Source of the DNA: Christensenellales bacterium
GTDB taxonomy: Bacteria > Bacillota > Clostridia > Christensenellales > CAG-138
NCBI GenBank assembly: GCA_045114775.1
Contig: JBGULC010000028.1
Span: forward strand, 20,483 to 84,482
Length of the DNA stretch: 64,000 nt
Direction of reading: 5' to 3'
This document shows, one piece after another, positions 22,357 through 32,235 of the stretch. Each line of letters begins with the position of its first letter. Within the stretch, counting starts at the first letter, position 1. The translations under genes and the position numbers were made by a program. A model generated the notes under the pieces. That model made no database searches. It was given only the letters and a program-made list of their open reading frames with translations, and was not told where the DNA came from.

Positions 22357-23793
22357 TCAATCATTTTTCAGGATCCAACTCTCGGTACGACATTCGCCGT
22401 TCTCATTACAGCCGAAGCATATCACGGTGCCGTCCGGCCGCAGCAGCGCAGCGTGCGTCGCACCGTTTGCGATTGCAAGGATCCCCGTGACCGGCTCATT
22501 CGGCAGAATCCGATCGTTCTCGCGAAACGCATACTCCATGACCGTCCCCTCCGCGTCCAGCGCCAGGATGCGTGTCGCACCTGCGGAAACCGCGACGATG
22601 TTTTCCCATGCGGGAAGCGCAACACCGTGGGACAGAAGCGTTCCGTCCGCTTTGAGTCCAAGCGAATATCCGATATGCACGGCGGCGGCGGTCAACCCCT
22701 CCCATTCCGGCGCCTTCGCCGAGGGCGAAACGGCAAGCAGCATCCCGTTCCGACGAACCGCGCAGACGGAATACCCTCCCGCTGCGATCGTCTTCAGATC
22801 CCGCGGCCAATCCTGTACCGCGGAATAATCGTGAAACCCGGTGAACAGGATGCGTCCGTCCCCGGTCAGCGCGATCGTATCGTAATATCCTGCGGCGACC
22901 GCGACGACGTCCCTCCAATCCGTTACCCTGCACTGGCCGTACCGGTCATCCCCCGCAGCGACCATCGTTCCGTCCGCTCTGAGTCCGACCGAGTGGTATG
23001 CACCAGCCGCAACAGCGATCAGATCGCTCCAATCGGACACGTCGCACTGGCCGTACGTGTTGTCGCCGACCGCGAGCGCGGTCCCATCCGCTGCAAGACC
23101 GAGTGTATGCGCAAATCCCGTCGCGAGCGGCGACAATTGCGCAGCGTGCTGCATACTGCTCAACCGTTCCTGTTTTCGGACGGTCTCGTCGTCCAGCCCG
23201 CGGGCAGTGCGCAGCGCGCGCTCGGCGTCGTCGATCCCGGTATATTCGATCGCAAGCGTCTCTGCTCGCTCCCTGCCCGCTTCGCTTCCGAGCGCAAGGA
23301 ACGCCTCAATTGCCTCGACCGTCTCCCCCGACTGCGCAAGCGCCTCCGCCATAGTGAATCGCGCTTCCTCATAATATCGGAAACTGTCTTTGTACCCGTC
23401 CAAAGCGCGCATTGCGTCAGCCGCCTCCGCATACCGTCCCGCTTCCATCAGACGCTCTGCCTCCCGGTAATCCAGTTCTCGCCGGAGCGTACGCGTCTCT
23501 TCCGTTTCGGCAAGCTCTGCAAGGATCGCCTCCGCAGCGGCGTCGTCTCCCGCGGCAACAGCTTCCGTCGCAAGTTCAAGCTGCGATCTCTGAAGCAACT
23601 CGGATCCGTCGTCCGATCGATCGGATTGCAGCAGTTCGGCTGCACGTTCATAATCGCCCGTTTCGAATGCCGACCGTGCGCAGCGCATGCGCAGGTCTTT
23701 CAGATGAAACAGAAACGTCGCGGCGCCGAAAAACAGCACAGCAGTCAGCGGCAGCGCGATGAGAAGGAACCGTTTATCGGATAATCTCTTCAT
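22357..23793 (-). CDS. membrane-anchored TPR-like + RCC1-repeat (beta-propeller) protein
   Basis: N-terminal TM (FLLIALPLTAVLFFGAATFLF). Repeated GDNTYGQCDVSDWSDLIAVAAGAYHSVGLRADGT and GDDRYGQCRVTDWRDVVAVAAG units. Start ATG 23793 behind GGAGG. Confidence 0.7.
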   Translation of the reverse strand: MKRLSDKRFLLIALPLTAVLFFGAATFLFHLKDLRMRCARSAFETGDYERAAELLQSDRSDDGSELLQRSQLELATEAVAAGDDAAAEAILAELAETEETRTLRRELDYREAERLMEAGRYAEAADAMRALDGYKDSFRYYEEARFTMAEALAQSGETVEAIEAFLALGSEAGRERAETLAIEYTGIDDAERALRTARGLDDETVRKQERLSSMQHAAQLSPLATGFAHTLGLAADGTALAVGDNTYGQCDVSDWSDLIAVAAGAYHSVGLRADGTMVAAGDDRYGQCRVTDWRDVVAVAAGYYDTIALTGDGRILFTGFHDYSAVQDWPRDLKTIAAGGYSVCAVRRNGMLLAVSPSAKAPEWEGLTAAAVHIGYSLGLKADGTLLSHGVALPAWENIVAVSAGATRILALDAEGTVMEYAFRENDRILPNEPVTGILAIANGATHAALLRPDGTVICFGCNENGECRTESWILKND

Positions 23794-23804
23794 AGCGGCC
23801 TCCC

Positions 23805-25229
23805 TCAGTGCAGATAGCGGACGACCTGCCCGCCAATGAAAAACTCGGAATTGATGCTGGTCGCAAGGCACAGTACAAAATAAACGTCGTCTACACCGTA
23901 TGCCTCGATGTACTCGCTCACGGATGCGCCGGCCTCCTCATGGCGGTACGAGGTAAATCGCAGATCCGTCATCATCACGCGGTCATAATGCAGCAGAAGA
24001 TACGGCAGGAAGGCATTGGAGAATGAATCTCCGATCAGCAGTGCCGTCCGTCCCGTTCTGGAACCTGTCTCAAACCGTCGCCACGGTGTTTTGGTGCCGC
24101 CGAGGAATGCGAGATAGTTGTTTGCGGAATAGTCCATGAACGGAATCTCTTTGCTTTTATCGAGATGCGAAACGATATAACTCTGTGTCGGCAGCAACTC
24201 GTGCATGACCTCGAGCGTGTCGCTTTTCACACCGGACTTGGCATTGTTTCCGCGCATCCCGTTCCGTACCGAATAGGTATAATCGCCGTAATCCGCTGGC
24301 GGTATCCCGAGCCGCTCCATCGCCGCGCGGTAGGCGTAATACGCTCCGCGCGCGGTCCAGTGATGATCGGTCCGGAAATAGACATATTCGCCGTTCTGCA
24401 GCGGCGCGTTCATCGCTTCCTCCGCTTTTACAACGATCACGCCGTCCTTCGTAAGGCTCTCCAGCTTCTCCTCAAGATCCGAGCGCCAGACCGGATTGCG
24501 GGAGAGCCGGTCAAGATAGGTATTGCCCATCGACGCCACCGGGACCTGCAGAAAAACGACATTCCCGTCCGGAGGCAGCGCATCGCGATACGCGTTCAGC
24601 ACATCGGCTGCATGATAGATGTTTTTTGCCGGAAAATCGAAGACCGTCTGCTGCGTCCCATCGCCGTACTCGATCCTGAACGAAGCGTCGCCGATTATCG
24701 GGAGCTCGGTCGGCGCCGGCGTCGGCGCTTCGGTCGGTTCCGGCGTCGTTCCCGGCAGCGGCGTTCCTGTTGCTTCGGCAATCGGCGACGGGCACGGTTC
24801 CGGCGTTTCGACAGGCTTTGCCGTCGGAGTTGGGTATTCTGTCGGGTGGAACGTTTCGGTCGGCGACGTTTTCGGAACGGGCTCAGCAGCTTGATTCGGT
24901 CCCGCGTTCATCTCCGCTTCGATTGCTTCGATCAGCGCTGCCGTTTCATCCTCTTCATTTTTCGGAACCGCAATCAACGATTCGACCGAACGCGACATCC
25001 CGATCAGCGTACCGCGCAGTGCAACGCCGTCTGAAAGCCATTCCTCGGTCTCCGTCATGAAAGAACCATCCAGGATCTTTTGTGCAGAAAGCGCCGGAGC
25101 AGCCGCAAGCATACGGTTTTCGTCCGTGCTGACGCGCGTCTCGCGCGGCGTACGCAGCAGCGTCATGCCGCCGAGCCAGACGAGCCCGAGCACCCAAAGA
25201 TATCGAACGATGAATCCGAACCGTTTCAT
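23805..25229 (-). CDS. DHHW-motif (AlgJ/AlgX-N-like) acyltransferase partner protein
   Basis: N-terminal TM, Pro/Thr linker, YFRTDHHWTARGAYYAY. Adjacent to the MBOAT gene. Confidence 0.75.
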   Translation of the reverse strand: MKRFGFIVRYLWVLGLVWLGGMTLLRTPRETRVSTDENRMLAAAPALSAQKILDGSFMTETEEWLSDGVALRGTLIGMSRSVESLIAVPKNEEDETAALIEAIEAEMNAGPNQAAEPVPKTSPTETFHPTEYPTPTAKPVETPEPCPSPIAEATGTPLPGTTPEPTEAPTPAPTELPIIGDASFRIEYGDGTQQTVFDFPAKNIYHAADVLNAYRDALPPDGNVVFLQVPVASMGNTYLDRLSRNPVWRSDLEEKLESLTKDGVIVVKAEEAMNAPLQNGEYVYFRTDHHWTARGAYYAYRAAMERLGIPPADYGDYTYSVRNGMRGNNAKSGVKSDTLEVMHELLPTQSYIVSHLDKSKEIPFMDYSANNYLAFLGGTKTPWRRFETGSRTGRTALLIGDSFSNAFLPYLLLHYDRVMMTDLRFTSYRHEEAGASVSEYIEAYGVDDVYFVLCLATSINSEFFIGGQVVRYLH

Positions 25230-25238
25230 ATTGCCGCC

Positions 25239-26648
25239 TCAGAACCGGAAATAGATAAAGGGATTATAGCTTTGTCCGACCAGAAAAGCGATCGAAAGCA
25301 CCAACAGCGCAGTCTCCAGGATCGGAACCGCAATACGCAAAGCCGCTTCACGCGCAGACCGCTTCTCCGCCCACGAACGGATGGCGGGCACGATCGGCAG
25401 GCAGCAGACGGCGGCGATCAACGGCAGAACCGTATTCTGCGAAAGAACAGCTGAAACGGTTGCGTCCGTCCCCGCGACGCCACCGATCCCGAACAGCGCC
25501 AGAATGTGCCGCCAGCCCTCAGCCAGCGACGTATGATAGAACAGGATCCAACCGACCATTGCGATCAAAAATGTGAGAAGGATCCTGATCGCCTTCGGAA
25601 TGTGTTCCAGAACGCTGCGCAGCGCAAACCGTTCCAGCAGAATCCAGAAGCCGTAGTATAGACCCCAGACCGCAAAATTCCAGCTTGCGCCGTGCCAAAG
25701 CCCTGTCAGAATCCAGACGATCAAAAGATTGCGGACCGTACGCAGCGTACCCTTCCGGTTGCCGCCGAGCGGAATGTATACATAATCCCGGAAAAAGCTG
25801 CCAAGCGAGATATGCCAGCGACGCCAGAACTCGGATACGCTCAAGGATACATAGGGATAACGAAAATTCTCACGATACGAAAATCCGAAGATGCGACCGA
25901 GTCCGATCGCCATGTCGGAATATGCGGAAAAATCGAAATAGATCTGAAAAGTATAGAACAGACCGGACAGCCACGCTCCGGCTACAGACAGCGCCGCGCC
26001 CTCCGGCAGAAGCGTTTCCACTGCCTTTCCGCACAGATTGGCGAGCAGGACCTTCTTGGCAAGGCCGACCGAAAAGCGGCCCAGACCTTCGGAAAAATCG
26101 GTCATCGTCGTCGTACGGGCGTCGAGCTGCGCTGCTATATCGGCGTACTGAACGATCGGTCCGGCAATCAACTGTGGAAAGCAGCTCACGTAGAGCAGAA
26201 GCTTCATCGGATTTCTCTGCACGGGAACCTTGCCGCGATAAACGTCGACGGTGTAAGTCAGGATTTGGAATGTGTAAAAGCTGATGCCGATCGGCAGCCG
26301 GACCTCCGGAACTGTGCCTGATATACCGAAAACAGAGTACACTGTCGAAAGAAAAAACGCCGCATACTTGAACCAAAAGAGCGCGCCGAGCGTCGCTGCC
26401 GTCCCCAATGCAAGATATGCCCGCTTCCCGTAGGCAGTTTTTGCACGGACGATCCCGAACGCTGCGCCGTAATTCATCAGCGTCGCGCCGAGCATGCACA
26501 GAATCCAGATCGGCTCCCCCCACGCATAGAACAGAAGCGAAAACAGCAGCAGAACCGCATTTCTCCACTTTAGGCCGCGGCCGACGAAATACAGTGTCAG
26601 CAACAGCGGCATGAAAAGCAGCAAAAATGTCAAGCTCGAAAATACCAC
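25239..26648 (-). CDS. MBOAT family O-acyltransferase (AlgI/DltB/PatA-like)
   Basis: 469-aa polytopic protein with FWRRWHISLGSFFRDYVYIPLGGNR and the conserved-His region LTGLWHGASWNF. Confidence 0.9.
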   Translation of the reverse strand: MVFSSLTFLLLFMPLLLTLYFVGRGLKWRNAVLLLFSLLFYAWGEPIWILCMLGATLMNYGAAFGIVRAKTAYGKRAYLALGTAATLGALFWFKYAAFFLSTVYSVFGISGTVPEVRLPIGISFYTFQILTYTVDVYRGKVPVQRNPMKLLLYVSCFPQLIAGPIVQYADIAAQLDARTTTMTDFSEGLGRFSVGLAKKVLLANLCGKAVETLLPEGAALSVAGAWLSGLFYTFQIYFDFSAYSDMAIGLGRIFGFSYRENFRYPYVSLSVSEFWRRWHISLGSFFRDYVYIPLGGNRKGTLRTVRNLLIVWILTGLWHGASWNFAVWGLYYGFWILLERFALRSVLEHIPKAIRILLTFLIAMVGWILFYHTSLAEGWRHILALFGIGGVAGTDATVSAVLSQNTVLPLIAAVCCLPIVPAIRSWAEKRSAREAALRIAVPILETALLVLSIAFLVGQSYNPFIYFRF

Positions 26649-26691
26649 GTTCGTCCTCCCAAGGCAGTTTCAGAAGACTTGCGGCAAGTCG

Positions 26692-27630
26692 TTACGGTTC
26701 GGTCAGATCCAGCGCTGCATTGGGGCACATCTGCTGCGCAGCATAGATGCGGGCGGCACAGGCCCAAATCTCATTTCCGGCGTCAGACAAATGAAGATGT
26801 CCTTTTGCGTATTCGGAGCGCAGATAACCGTTTTCATCCATCAACTCCCGCGCAAAGGTGAAAAAGCCCAGACCGTATTCCGCGCAGATCCCGCGCAAAA
26901 CGTCGTTGAAACTGTTCCAATGGTCGATGTCCAAATTTCTGTTGTCGCAAAACATTTTCGTGCCCGGATTGACGCCCTCCACGATGATCTCAACGCCGGG
27001 ACAATCCGCTTGGATCCGCTCGATCATTCTGCAGTAATCGGCACGCACCGTATCCCAATCGCGGCAGTATATATCATTTGCGCCAAGCATCAGAAACACC
27101 TTCGTCGCCTCATTGAGGTTGATGCCTTTTGTGAGAGCCACATGACCGCCGCGATAGGAAAACACGGCGTCCTTCGAGCTTGCCTGATAGACAGTCATCG
27201 AGACCTCGCCCATAAACTTTGCGCTGCCGAAAAATCCTTCATCCCGATTGCGCTGCGCCCGTACGTAGTTTCCAAACTCGCGCGTCATGGAATCTCCGAT
27301 AAACAGTGCGCCGTCGAAAAACGAATCGAACTCTCCCGAATCCAGCCTTGCGCGCGTGATAGGCTCAGGTGTCGGCTCTGCCGTCGGTTCCGGCGTCGGC
27401 TCCTCTGTCGGCACAGGTGTCGGTTCCGGCGTCGGCTCCTCTGTCGGCACAGGTGTCGGTTCATCAACCGGCTCGGGTGTCGATGCAGGCTCGGTCGTCG
27501 GGCACGCCGTAGGCACTTTCGTTTCGGTGGGTTTCTGTATTTGCACCGCATCGTCCGCTGTTTCCGGATTACAGCCGTATAGCCCGATCGCCAATAAAGC
27601 AGCTATGATAAAGCAAATGATCCGTTTCAT
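26692..27630 (-). CDS. SGNH/GDSL hydrolase lipoprotein
   Basis: Lipobox LAIGLYGC, Pro/Thr linker, FIGDSMT (block I Ser) and a C-terminal GHLHLSDAG (D-x-x-H-like). Start ATG 27630. Confidence 0.7.
   Translation of the reverse strand: MKRIICFIIAALLAIGLYGCNPETADDAVQIQKPTETKVPTACPTTEPASTPEPVDEPTPVPTEEPTPEPTPVPTEEPTPEPTAEPTPEPITRARLDSGEFDSFFDGALFIGDSMTREFGNYVRAQRNRDEGFFGSAKFMGEVSMTVYQASSKDAVFSYRGGHVALTKGINLNEATKVFLMLGANDIYCRDWDTVRADYCRMIERIQADCPGVEIIVEGVNPGTKMFCDNRNLDIDHWNSFNDVLRGICAEYGLGFFTFARELMDENGYLRSEYAKGHLHLSDAGNEIWACAARIYAAQQMCPNAALDLTEP
27386..27457. repeat. perfect 36-bp x2 tandem duplication inside the SGNH linker
   Basis: ggttccggcgtcggctcctctgtcggcacaggtgtc occurs at 27386-27421 and again at 27422-27457. 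It encodes PVPTEEPTPEPT twice. Confidence 0.9.
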
Positions 27631-27654
27631 ACGCGTTCCCCCCGATTCCCCTTC

Positions 27655-27682
27655 ATTATACCAAAATCGAGTGAAAAAGCAA
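27655..27682 (-). promoter_or_regulatory. candidate promoter of the SGNH-MBOAT-DHHW operon
   Basis: Minus strand: TTGCTT (27677-27682), 16 nt, TGgTATAAT (-10 at 27655-27660). Confidence 0.45.
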
Positions 27683-27834
27683 CCGTGATTTCCCTTTGCC
27701 TGCCTCGCTTGATATGAAATGATCCGGCAAGCCACGTATAAAAAGAAACATGCTCATGTTTGCAACGCGAACATTACAGGGGAAAGCTACCTTACAGCAA
27801 AGTCGTTTTCTCACCCCTCAGGGTAAACACTATT

Positions 27835-27867
27835 GAAAAAAGGACTTACTATCGTAAGTCCTTTTTC
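27835..27867 (-). terminator. terminator of the tRNA operon
   Basis: AGGACTTAC-TATC-GTAAGTCCT flanked by A5/T4 runs, immediately 3' of tRNA-Lys. Confidence 0.65.
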
Positions 27868-27944
27868 TGGTACCCCCTCAGGGATTCGAACCCTGGACAC
27901 CCTGATTAAGAGTCAGGTGCTCTAGCCAGCTGAGCTAAGGAGGC
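27868..27944 (-). tRNA. tRNA-Lys (anticodon CTT), CCA encoded
   Basis: Minus strand: GCCTCCTTAGCTCAGCTGGCTAGAGCACCTGACTCTTAATCAGGGTGTCCAGGGTTCGAATCCCTGAGGGGGTACCA. The cloverleaf folds by hand. The acceptor stem has G1-U72 and U4-G69 wobbles. Confidence 0.85.
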
Positions 27945-27948
27945 ATAT

Positions 27949-28024
27949 TGGAGCGGGAAACGGGGCTCGAACCCGCCACCTCAGCCTTGGCAAGGCTGCG
28001 CTCTACCAAATGAGCTATTCCCGC
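27949..28024 (-). tRNA. tRNA-Gly (anticodon GCC), CCA encoded
   Basis: Minus strand: GCGGGAATAGCTCATTTGGTAGAGCGCAGCCTTGCCAAGGCTGAGGTGGCGGGTTCGAGCCCCGTTTCCCGCTCCA. Confidence 0.9.
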
Positions 28025-28035
28025 GAACAGATGAT

Positions 28036-28064
28036 ATTATAGCGTCTCATCTGTTATTTGTCAA
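28036..28064 (-). promoter_or_regulatory. consensus sigma-A promoter of the tRNA operon
   Basis: Minus strand: TTGACA (28059-28064), 17 nt, TATAAT (28036-28041), about 11 nt before the tRNA-Gly 5' end. Confidence 0.7.
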
Positions 28065-28170
28065 CAACAATTTTTGCATTTCCGAAAAATATTTTCTGCG
28101 GCTCAAAAAACCTTTTGAAACCATGCTCCGCGCCGCGGAAATCGGCATCGGAAGCCAACGCAGGCCGTCC

Positions 28171-29955
28171 TTACTTTCCGTCGACGGGCTGCTCTCCCCA
28201 TCCGTACATACGATCCATGACGGCATAGAGCGCAAGATATTTCTCATTGACCGTCTCGACCCGTTCGCCGAGCTCCAGAAGCTTCGCGCTGTCGTTTGAG
28301 ACTTTCCACGCAGGAAGCCCTTCGCCGTTCGGATCGCCCGTCTTCATGTAGTTCAGCACGTACGAAAGCACCGTCCTGCCAAGCGCGTGATCGGCCTCGT
28401 CAAACCGGGAATCCTTCGGCAGATTGCCGTACACATAGATCAATTCGCCGCTGTGCCACGCGCCGAGCCTGCCGTTGTGCTTGCTGAAATAATACTCATA
28501 GACCGGGATGCCGTTCTCGACCGCAAGACGGTTCAGGCAGTAATGCGGGTAATTGAAGAAGATCGCGCCGTAGATCTGCGCCCAGTAATCCTTCGCCTCC
28601 GCGTCGGTCGTCGGGCGGTAGATCGCAAGCACGTCGTCCGCATACTCCTTGAAATACGCCCGGACCCTTTCCTCGTAGTTTTTCAGATTCGCGTTGCCGA
28701 GAATCAGGAACGGCCCGCTCTCCTCGGAATTGTAGCCGTGCATAATCTGCTCCTCGTTGTGCACGCCTTTCCGATAGGATTCGTACGGCGTTTCAACAAG
28801 CGCGTACCCGTCGACCGTCATAAAGTGCTGCGTATACGCCTCGTTGACGATCGTTTCCGCGTCGAGCGCGCGCAGTTCCGCCGGGGTTTTGACGTGATAC
28901 CGCGCCTTGAGCTCGCTTCCGGATCCAATCGCGTCCTCATAGGAACGGAACGAGTGCGGCGGTTCGACCGAAGCGACGGTCGAGCTCTCCAGCAGCACGC
29001 GGCGGAACAGCCCCTTCGAAAGCGGCGAGGTGCAGATTGCGCTGACGCTGGCCGCGCCCGCAGACTCGCCCGCAAGCGTCACGTTGTCGGGATCGCCGCC
29101 GAACGCTTTGATGTTCTGCCGCACCCATTCAAGCGCCTTGATCTGATCCAGAAGCCCGTAGTTGCCGGTCGTTCCGTGTTCGGATTCGGCTGCCAGCGCT
29201 TCGTCCGCAAGATACCCGAACACGCCGAGGCGATACCCGAGGTTGACCACGATCACGCCCTCGCGCGCAAGGCCGGTGCCCGCGTAATCGCCGTACCACG
29301 GCTGTCCGGTCTGCAGCGTGCCGCCATGAATATAGACGAGCACGGGAAGGCCTTCGCACTTGCCCGCAGGCTTCCAGACGTTGACGTACAGGCCGTCCTC
29401 GCTGACCGCCGGGCGATAGTTGTCCGAAAGCGTAAAGTTGTACTCATGGTAGCCGATGATCTGCTTCAGGCTGCCGATGATCGGCAGCTCCGTCGGCTGC
29501 ATGCACATCGGTGCGAAATGATCCGCATCGAGCACGCCGTCCCATGCGTCGGGATCCTGCGGCTCGCGCCAGCGAAGATCCCCCACCGGCGGCTTTGCGT
29601 ACGGGATGCCCGCGTAGAGTTCGACCTTGCCGCCGTCGATCACCACGCCGCGCACGTCGCCCTTTTCGATCGAAACGGTCTCCGTATAAGTCGGTGTTTT
29701 GCCTTCAAACGCGGGAACGCGCTTCATCGGCGGCCATGTCAGAAACAGGATCGCGACGAATACGCCGATAAAGCCGAGCCAGCCCAAAGCCTTCCAGTAC
29801 CATCTGCCTCCGTGCAGCACCTTGACAAACAGCACGACGAAGCCGATCGCCGCGACGATCAGCAGAATAAACCCCAAAACGGTGTTCTTGTTCAGTTCCA
29901 GCACGGCGAGCATGATAAGCAGCAGCAGCGCGCCGAAAACTCCGAATCCGATCAT
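28171..29955 (-). CDS. membrane-anchored type-B carboxylesterase/lipase
   Basis: N-terminal TM helices. PYAKPPVGDLRW, oxyanion region VYIHGG, nucleophile elbow GESAGAASV. Confidence 0.85.
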   Translation of the reverse strand: MIGFGVFGALLLLIMLAVLELNKNTVLGFILLIVAAIGFVVLFVKVLHGGRWYWKALGWLGFIGVFVAILFLTWPPMKRVPAFEGKTPTYTETVSIEKGDVRGVVIDGGKVELYAGIPYAKPPVGDLRWREPQDPDAWDGVLDADHFAPMCMQPTELPIIGSLKQIIGYHEYNFTLSDNYRPAVSEDGLYVNVWKPAGKCEGLPVLVYIHGGTLQTGQPWYGDYAGTGLAREGVIVVNLGYRLGVFGYLADEALAAESEHGTTGNYGLLDQIKALEWVRQNIKAFGGDPDNVTLAGESAGAASVSAICTSPLSKGLFRRVLLESSTVASVEPPHSFRSYEDAIGSGSELKARYHVKTPAELRALDAETIVNEAYTQHFMTVDGYALVETPYESYRKGVHNEEQIMHGYNSEESGPFLILGNANLKNYEERVRAYFKEYADDVLAIYRPTTDAEAKDYWAQIYGAIFFNYPHYCLNRLAVENGIPVYEYYFSKHNGRLGAWHSGELIYVYGNLPKDSRFDEADHALGRTVLSYVLNYMKTGDPNGEGLPAWKVSNDSAKLLELGERVETVNEKYLALYAVMDRMYGWGEQPVDGK

Positions 29956-30146
29956 AACCCTCTCCTGTTGTTTTGATACTGTTCATTGTACCGTATCCGC
30001 GTTCCCGCGTCAATCGTGAATGTTCGCAGGAGAATCGATCATAAAACTCCGAATTTTCCTCTGAACGCAACAGATCCATCGCCCTGTAGGGAGATGGATC
30101 TGTTTCACGATTTTTAAGCGCAATCCCAATGGTTGGGATCGGTTTT

Positions 30147-32039
30147 TTATTTCACTGTGAACGTGCCTGCGGAAGAATTCACACTGCCGAATTCGTTCGA
30201 TACTACACAACGGTATTGACGTCCATTCAAATTGCTTGCGGCTTTAAAGGTGAATGTCGCAGTATTATAACCGCCGGACTTGCAGTTCGACCATGTCGAA
30301 CCGTTTGTGCTGTACTGCCACTGATAGGTCAGGCCTTCGCCCCAAGCGACCACCGTGAAAGTTACGTCGTTTCCGACAGCAGCGGAAACATTCTTCGGAT
30401 TTGTGAGAATTACCGGCTTTGCATCGGAAACCGTAAGTCTGACGCTCTTGGATGTAACGGTTCCGTTCGCATTCGTGATCACGCAGCGGTACATGCAGCC
30501 GTTATTCGTTGCGCTTGCAACAACCGAAAGATTCGTACGCGTTCTGCCGCTCCACGCCGTCCACGTCGCGCCGTTGTTCTTGCTATACTCCCACTGATAG
30601 GTCAGATCGGAGCCGCCCGCCGCTACTTTGAACACCGCACTCTCGCCCAATGCGACCGTTGCATTCTTCGGCTGCGTCAGGATCGTCGGCTTCAGATCGG
30701 AAACCGTCAGCCTAGCATTCTTTGTGGTGACGCTGCCGTATTCATTCGAAACGACACAGCGATACATGCAACCATTGTTCGTCTCGCTCGCCTTTAAAGT
30801 GAGCGTCGCCTTGGTCTTGCCGCTCCAGGTGACCCAGGAGGTACCGTTGGTCTTACTGTACTCCCACTGATAGGTGATGGTTCCTTCACCGTCCGCAACG
30901 ACCTTGAAGGTCACGCTCGTGCCCACCGTAACGGTCACGCTCTTCGGATGGGTCAGGATCGACGGTCTGTTGTCGATCTGCGTCAGGCTGGCATTTTTCG
31001 AAGTGACTGAGCCGTAGTCATTGGAAACAACACAGCGATACAGGCAGCCGTTATTTGTCGTGCTTGCCGCTACTGTGGCCTGTGCCTTCGTCTTTCCGCT
31101 CCAGTTGTACCACGTTGCACCATTGTTTTTGCTGTACTGCCACTGATACTTCAGACCGACACCAGCCGCAACGACTTTGAAGGTCACACTGTCGCCCAAT
31201 GCAACTTCCACGCTGACCGGATGCACCAGAATGTTCGGCTTAACGCCGTCCACTGTCAGCCTTGCATTCTTTGTGGTAACGCTGCCGCAGGAGTTGCTCA
31301 CGACGCAACGGTACAGGCAGCCGTTGTTCGATTCGCTCGCCTTGACCGATAAGGTATCCTTGGTCTTACCGCTCCAGGTGACCCAGGAAGCGCCGTTGTC
31401 CTTGCTGTATTCCCACTGATACTGCAATCCGCCGCCGGTTGCAACGACCTTGAACTTGACGTTCGTGCCGACCTGTATGGTCTCGTTCGAAGGCTGCTCA
31501 ACGATTACCGGCATTGTCTCCAGCTCCGACAGGATAAACGGTGCAAAGCTCTGCGCAACGGAATGATGCGTCACGACATATACATCGTCCACAAACGTTT
31601 CGGCATCAGCGCCTTCGGAAAGTGCGAAAGCAATTTCCGTCCCTGCTTCCATATCATTTGCCAGTTCAAAATACAGTGTGGCGACTTTGATCGTTTCCGA
31701 AACCGCAACGCCTTCCGACGCAAACGAAAAACGGAGAATTCCGGGCACTGTATCATTTAACATCGAGCCGTTGAAAGCCTCGCCTGCGTCCATACGTACA
31801 AATGTCAGCTGCGCAGCTTCATACGTCAGATCGAAGGTCAGCGCAAGAAGCGTATCTTCGACCGTACCGTTCAGATTGACGTCAACCGCAAGAAGGTTCT
31901 TATTATCCTCCGTGATCAGGTGCTCGCCCACATCGCCGCCAGCAATCAAAAGTGTGAAATCTTCGCCGTCTGCAAATGCAGCCGAGACAGGCGCAACCAC
32001 CATTAACAGCGAAAGGAGCATTGCCAACAGTTTCTTCAT
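30147..32039 (-). CDS. secreted cohesin-like domain protein with five Ig (I-set-like) repeats
   Basis: Signal peptide MKKLLAMLLSLLMVVAPVSAAFA. The N-terminal ~150 aa shows a cohesin-like pattern (LTFDLTYEAAQLTF...GILRFSFAS...ATLYFEL). It is followed by 5 repeats of ~91 aa containing YQWEYSKNNGxSW...NNGCxYRCVVSN. Start ATG 32039 behind AGGAGG. Confidence 0.65.
   Translation of the reverse strand: MKKLLAMLLSLLMVVAPVSAAFADGEDFTLLIAGGDVGEHLITEDNKNLLAVDVNLNGTVEDTLLALTFDLTYEAAQLTFVRMDAGEAFNGSMLNDTVPGILRFSFASEGVAVSETIKVATLYFELANDMEAGTEIAFALSEGADAETFVDDVYVVTHHSVAQSFAPFILSELETMPVIVEQPSNETIQVGTNVKFKVVATGGGLQYQWEYSKDNGASWVTWSGKTKDTLSVKASESNNGCLYRCVVSNSCGSVTTKNARLTVDGVKPNILVHPVSVEVALGDSVTFKVVAAGVGLKYQWQYSKNNGATWYNWSGKTKAQATVAASTTNNGCLYRCVVSNDYGSVTSKNASLTQIDNRPSILTHPKSVTVTVGTSVTFKVVADGEGTITYQWEYSKTNGTSWVTWSGKTKATLTLKASETNNGCMYRCVVSNEYGSVTTKNARLTVSDLKPTILTQPKNATVALGESAVFKVAAGGSDLTYQWEYSKNNGATWTAWSGRTRTNLSVVASATNNGCMYRCVITNANGTVTSKSVRLTVSDAKPVILTNPKNVSAAVGNDVTFTVVAWGEGLTYQWQYSTNGSTWSNCKSGGYNTATFTFKAASNLNGRQYRCVVSNEFGSVNSSAGTFTVK
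30150..31511 (-). repeat. five tandem ~273-bp Ig-module coding repeats
   Basis: The periodicity is also visible as recurring 80-aa antisense ORFs ending in LLYSH at 30355, 30628 and 31177. Confidence 0.85.
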
Positions 32040-32235
32040 TGATTCTATCCTCCTGCTAAAATGTCCGGATCGTACAGACAAGTCATCGAATTATCGATCA
32101 AACGGTTACGCTGTAACGATTCCTTCTCTATAACGATCACCGTGCGCATATCTGTTCACAGTATCGTCATAATTTCTGATATATCATATCATACTCTTTC
32201 TGTTTTTGCAAGCATTCTGTAAAAAAAGATACGGT

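Noticed and set aside
27740-27760. The AAACATG-CT-CATGTTT palindrome upstream of the O-acylation operon.
   Set aside because: This single 7-bp dyad lies ~60 bp upstream of the predicted -35 and does not recur in the window. It is not enough to call an operator.
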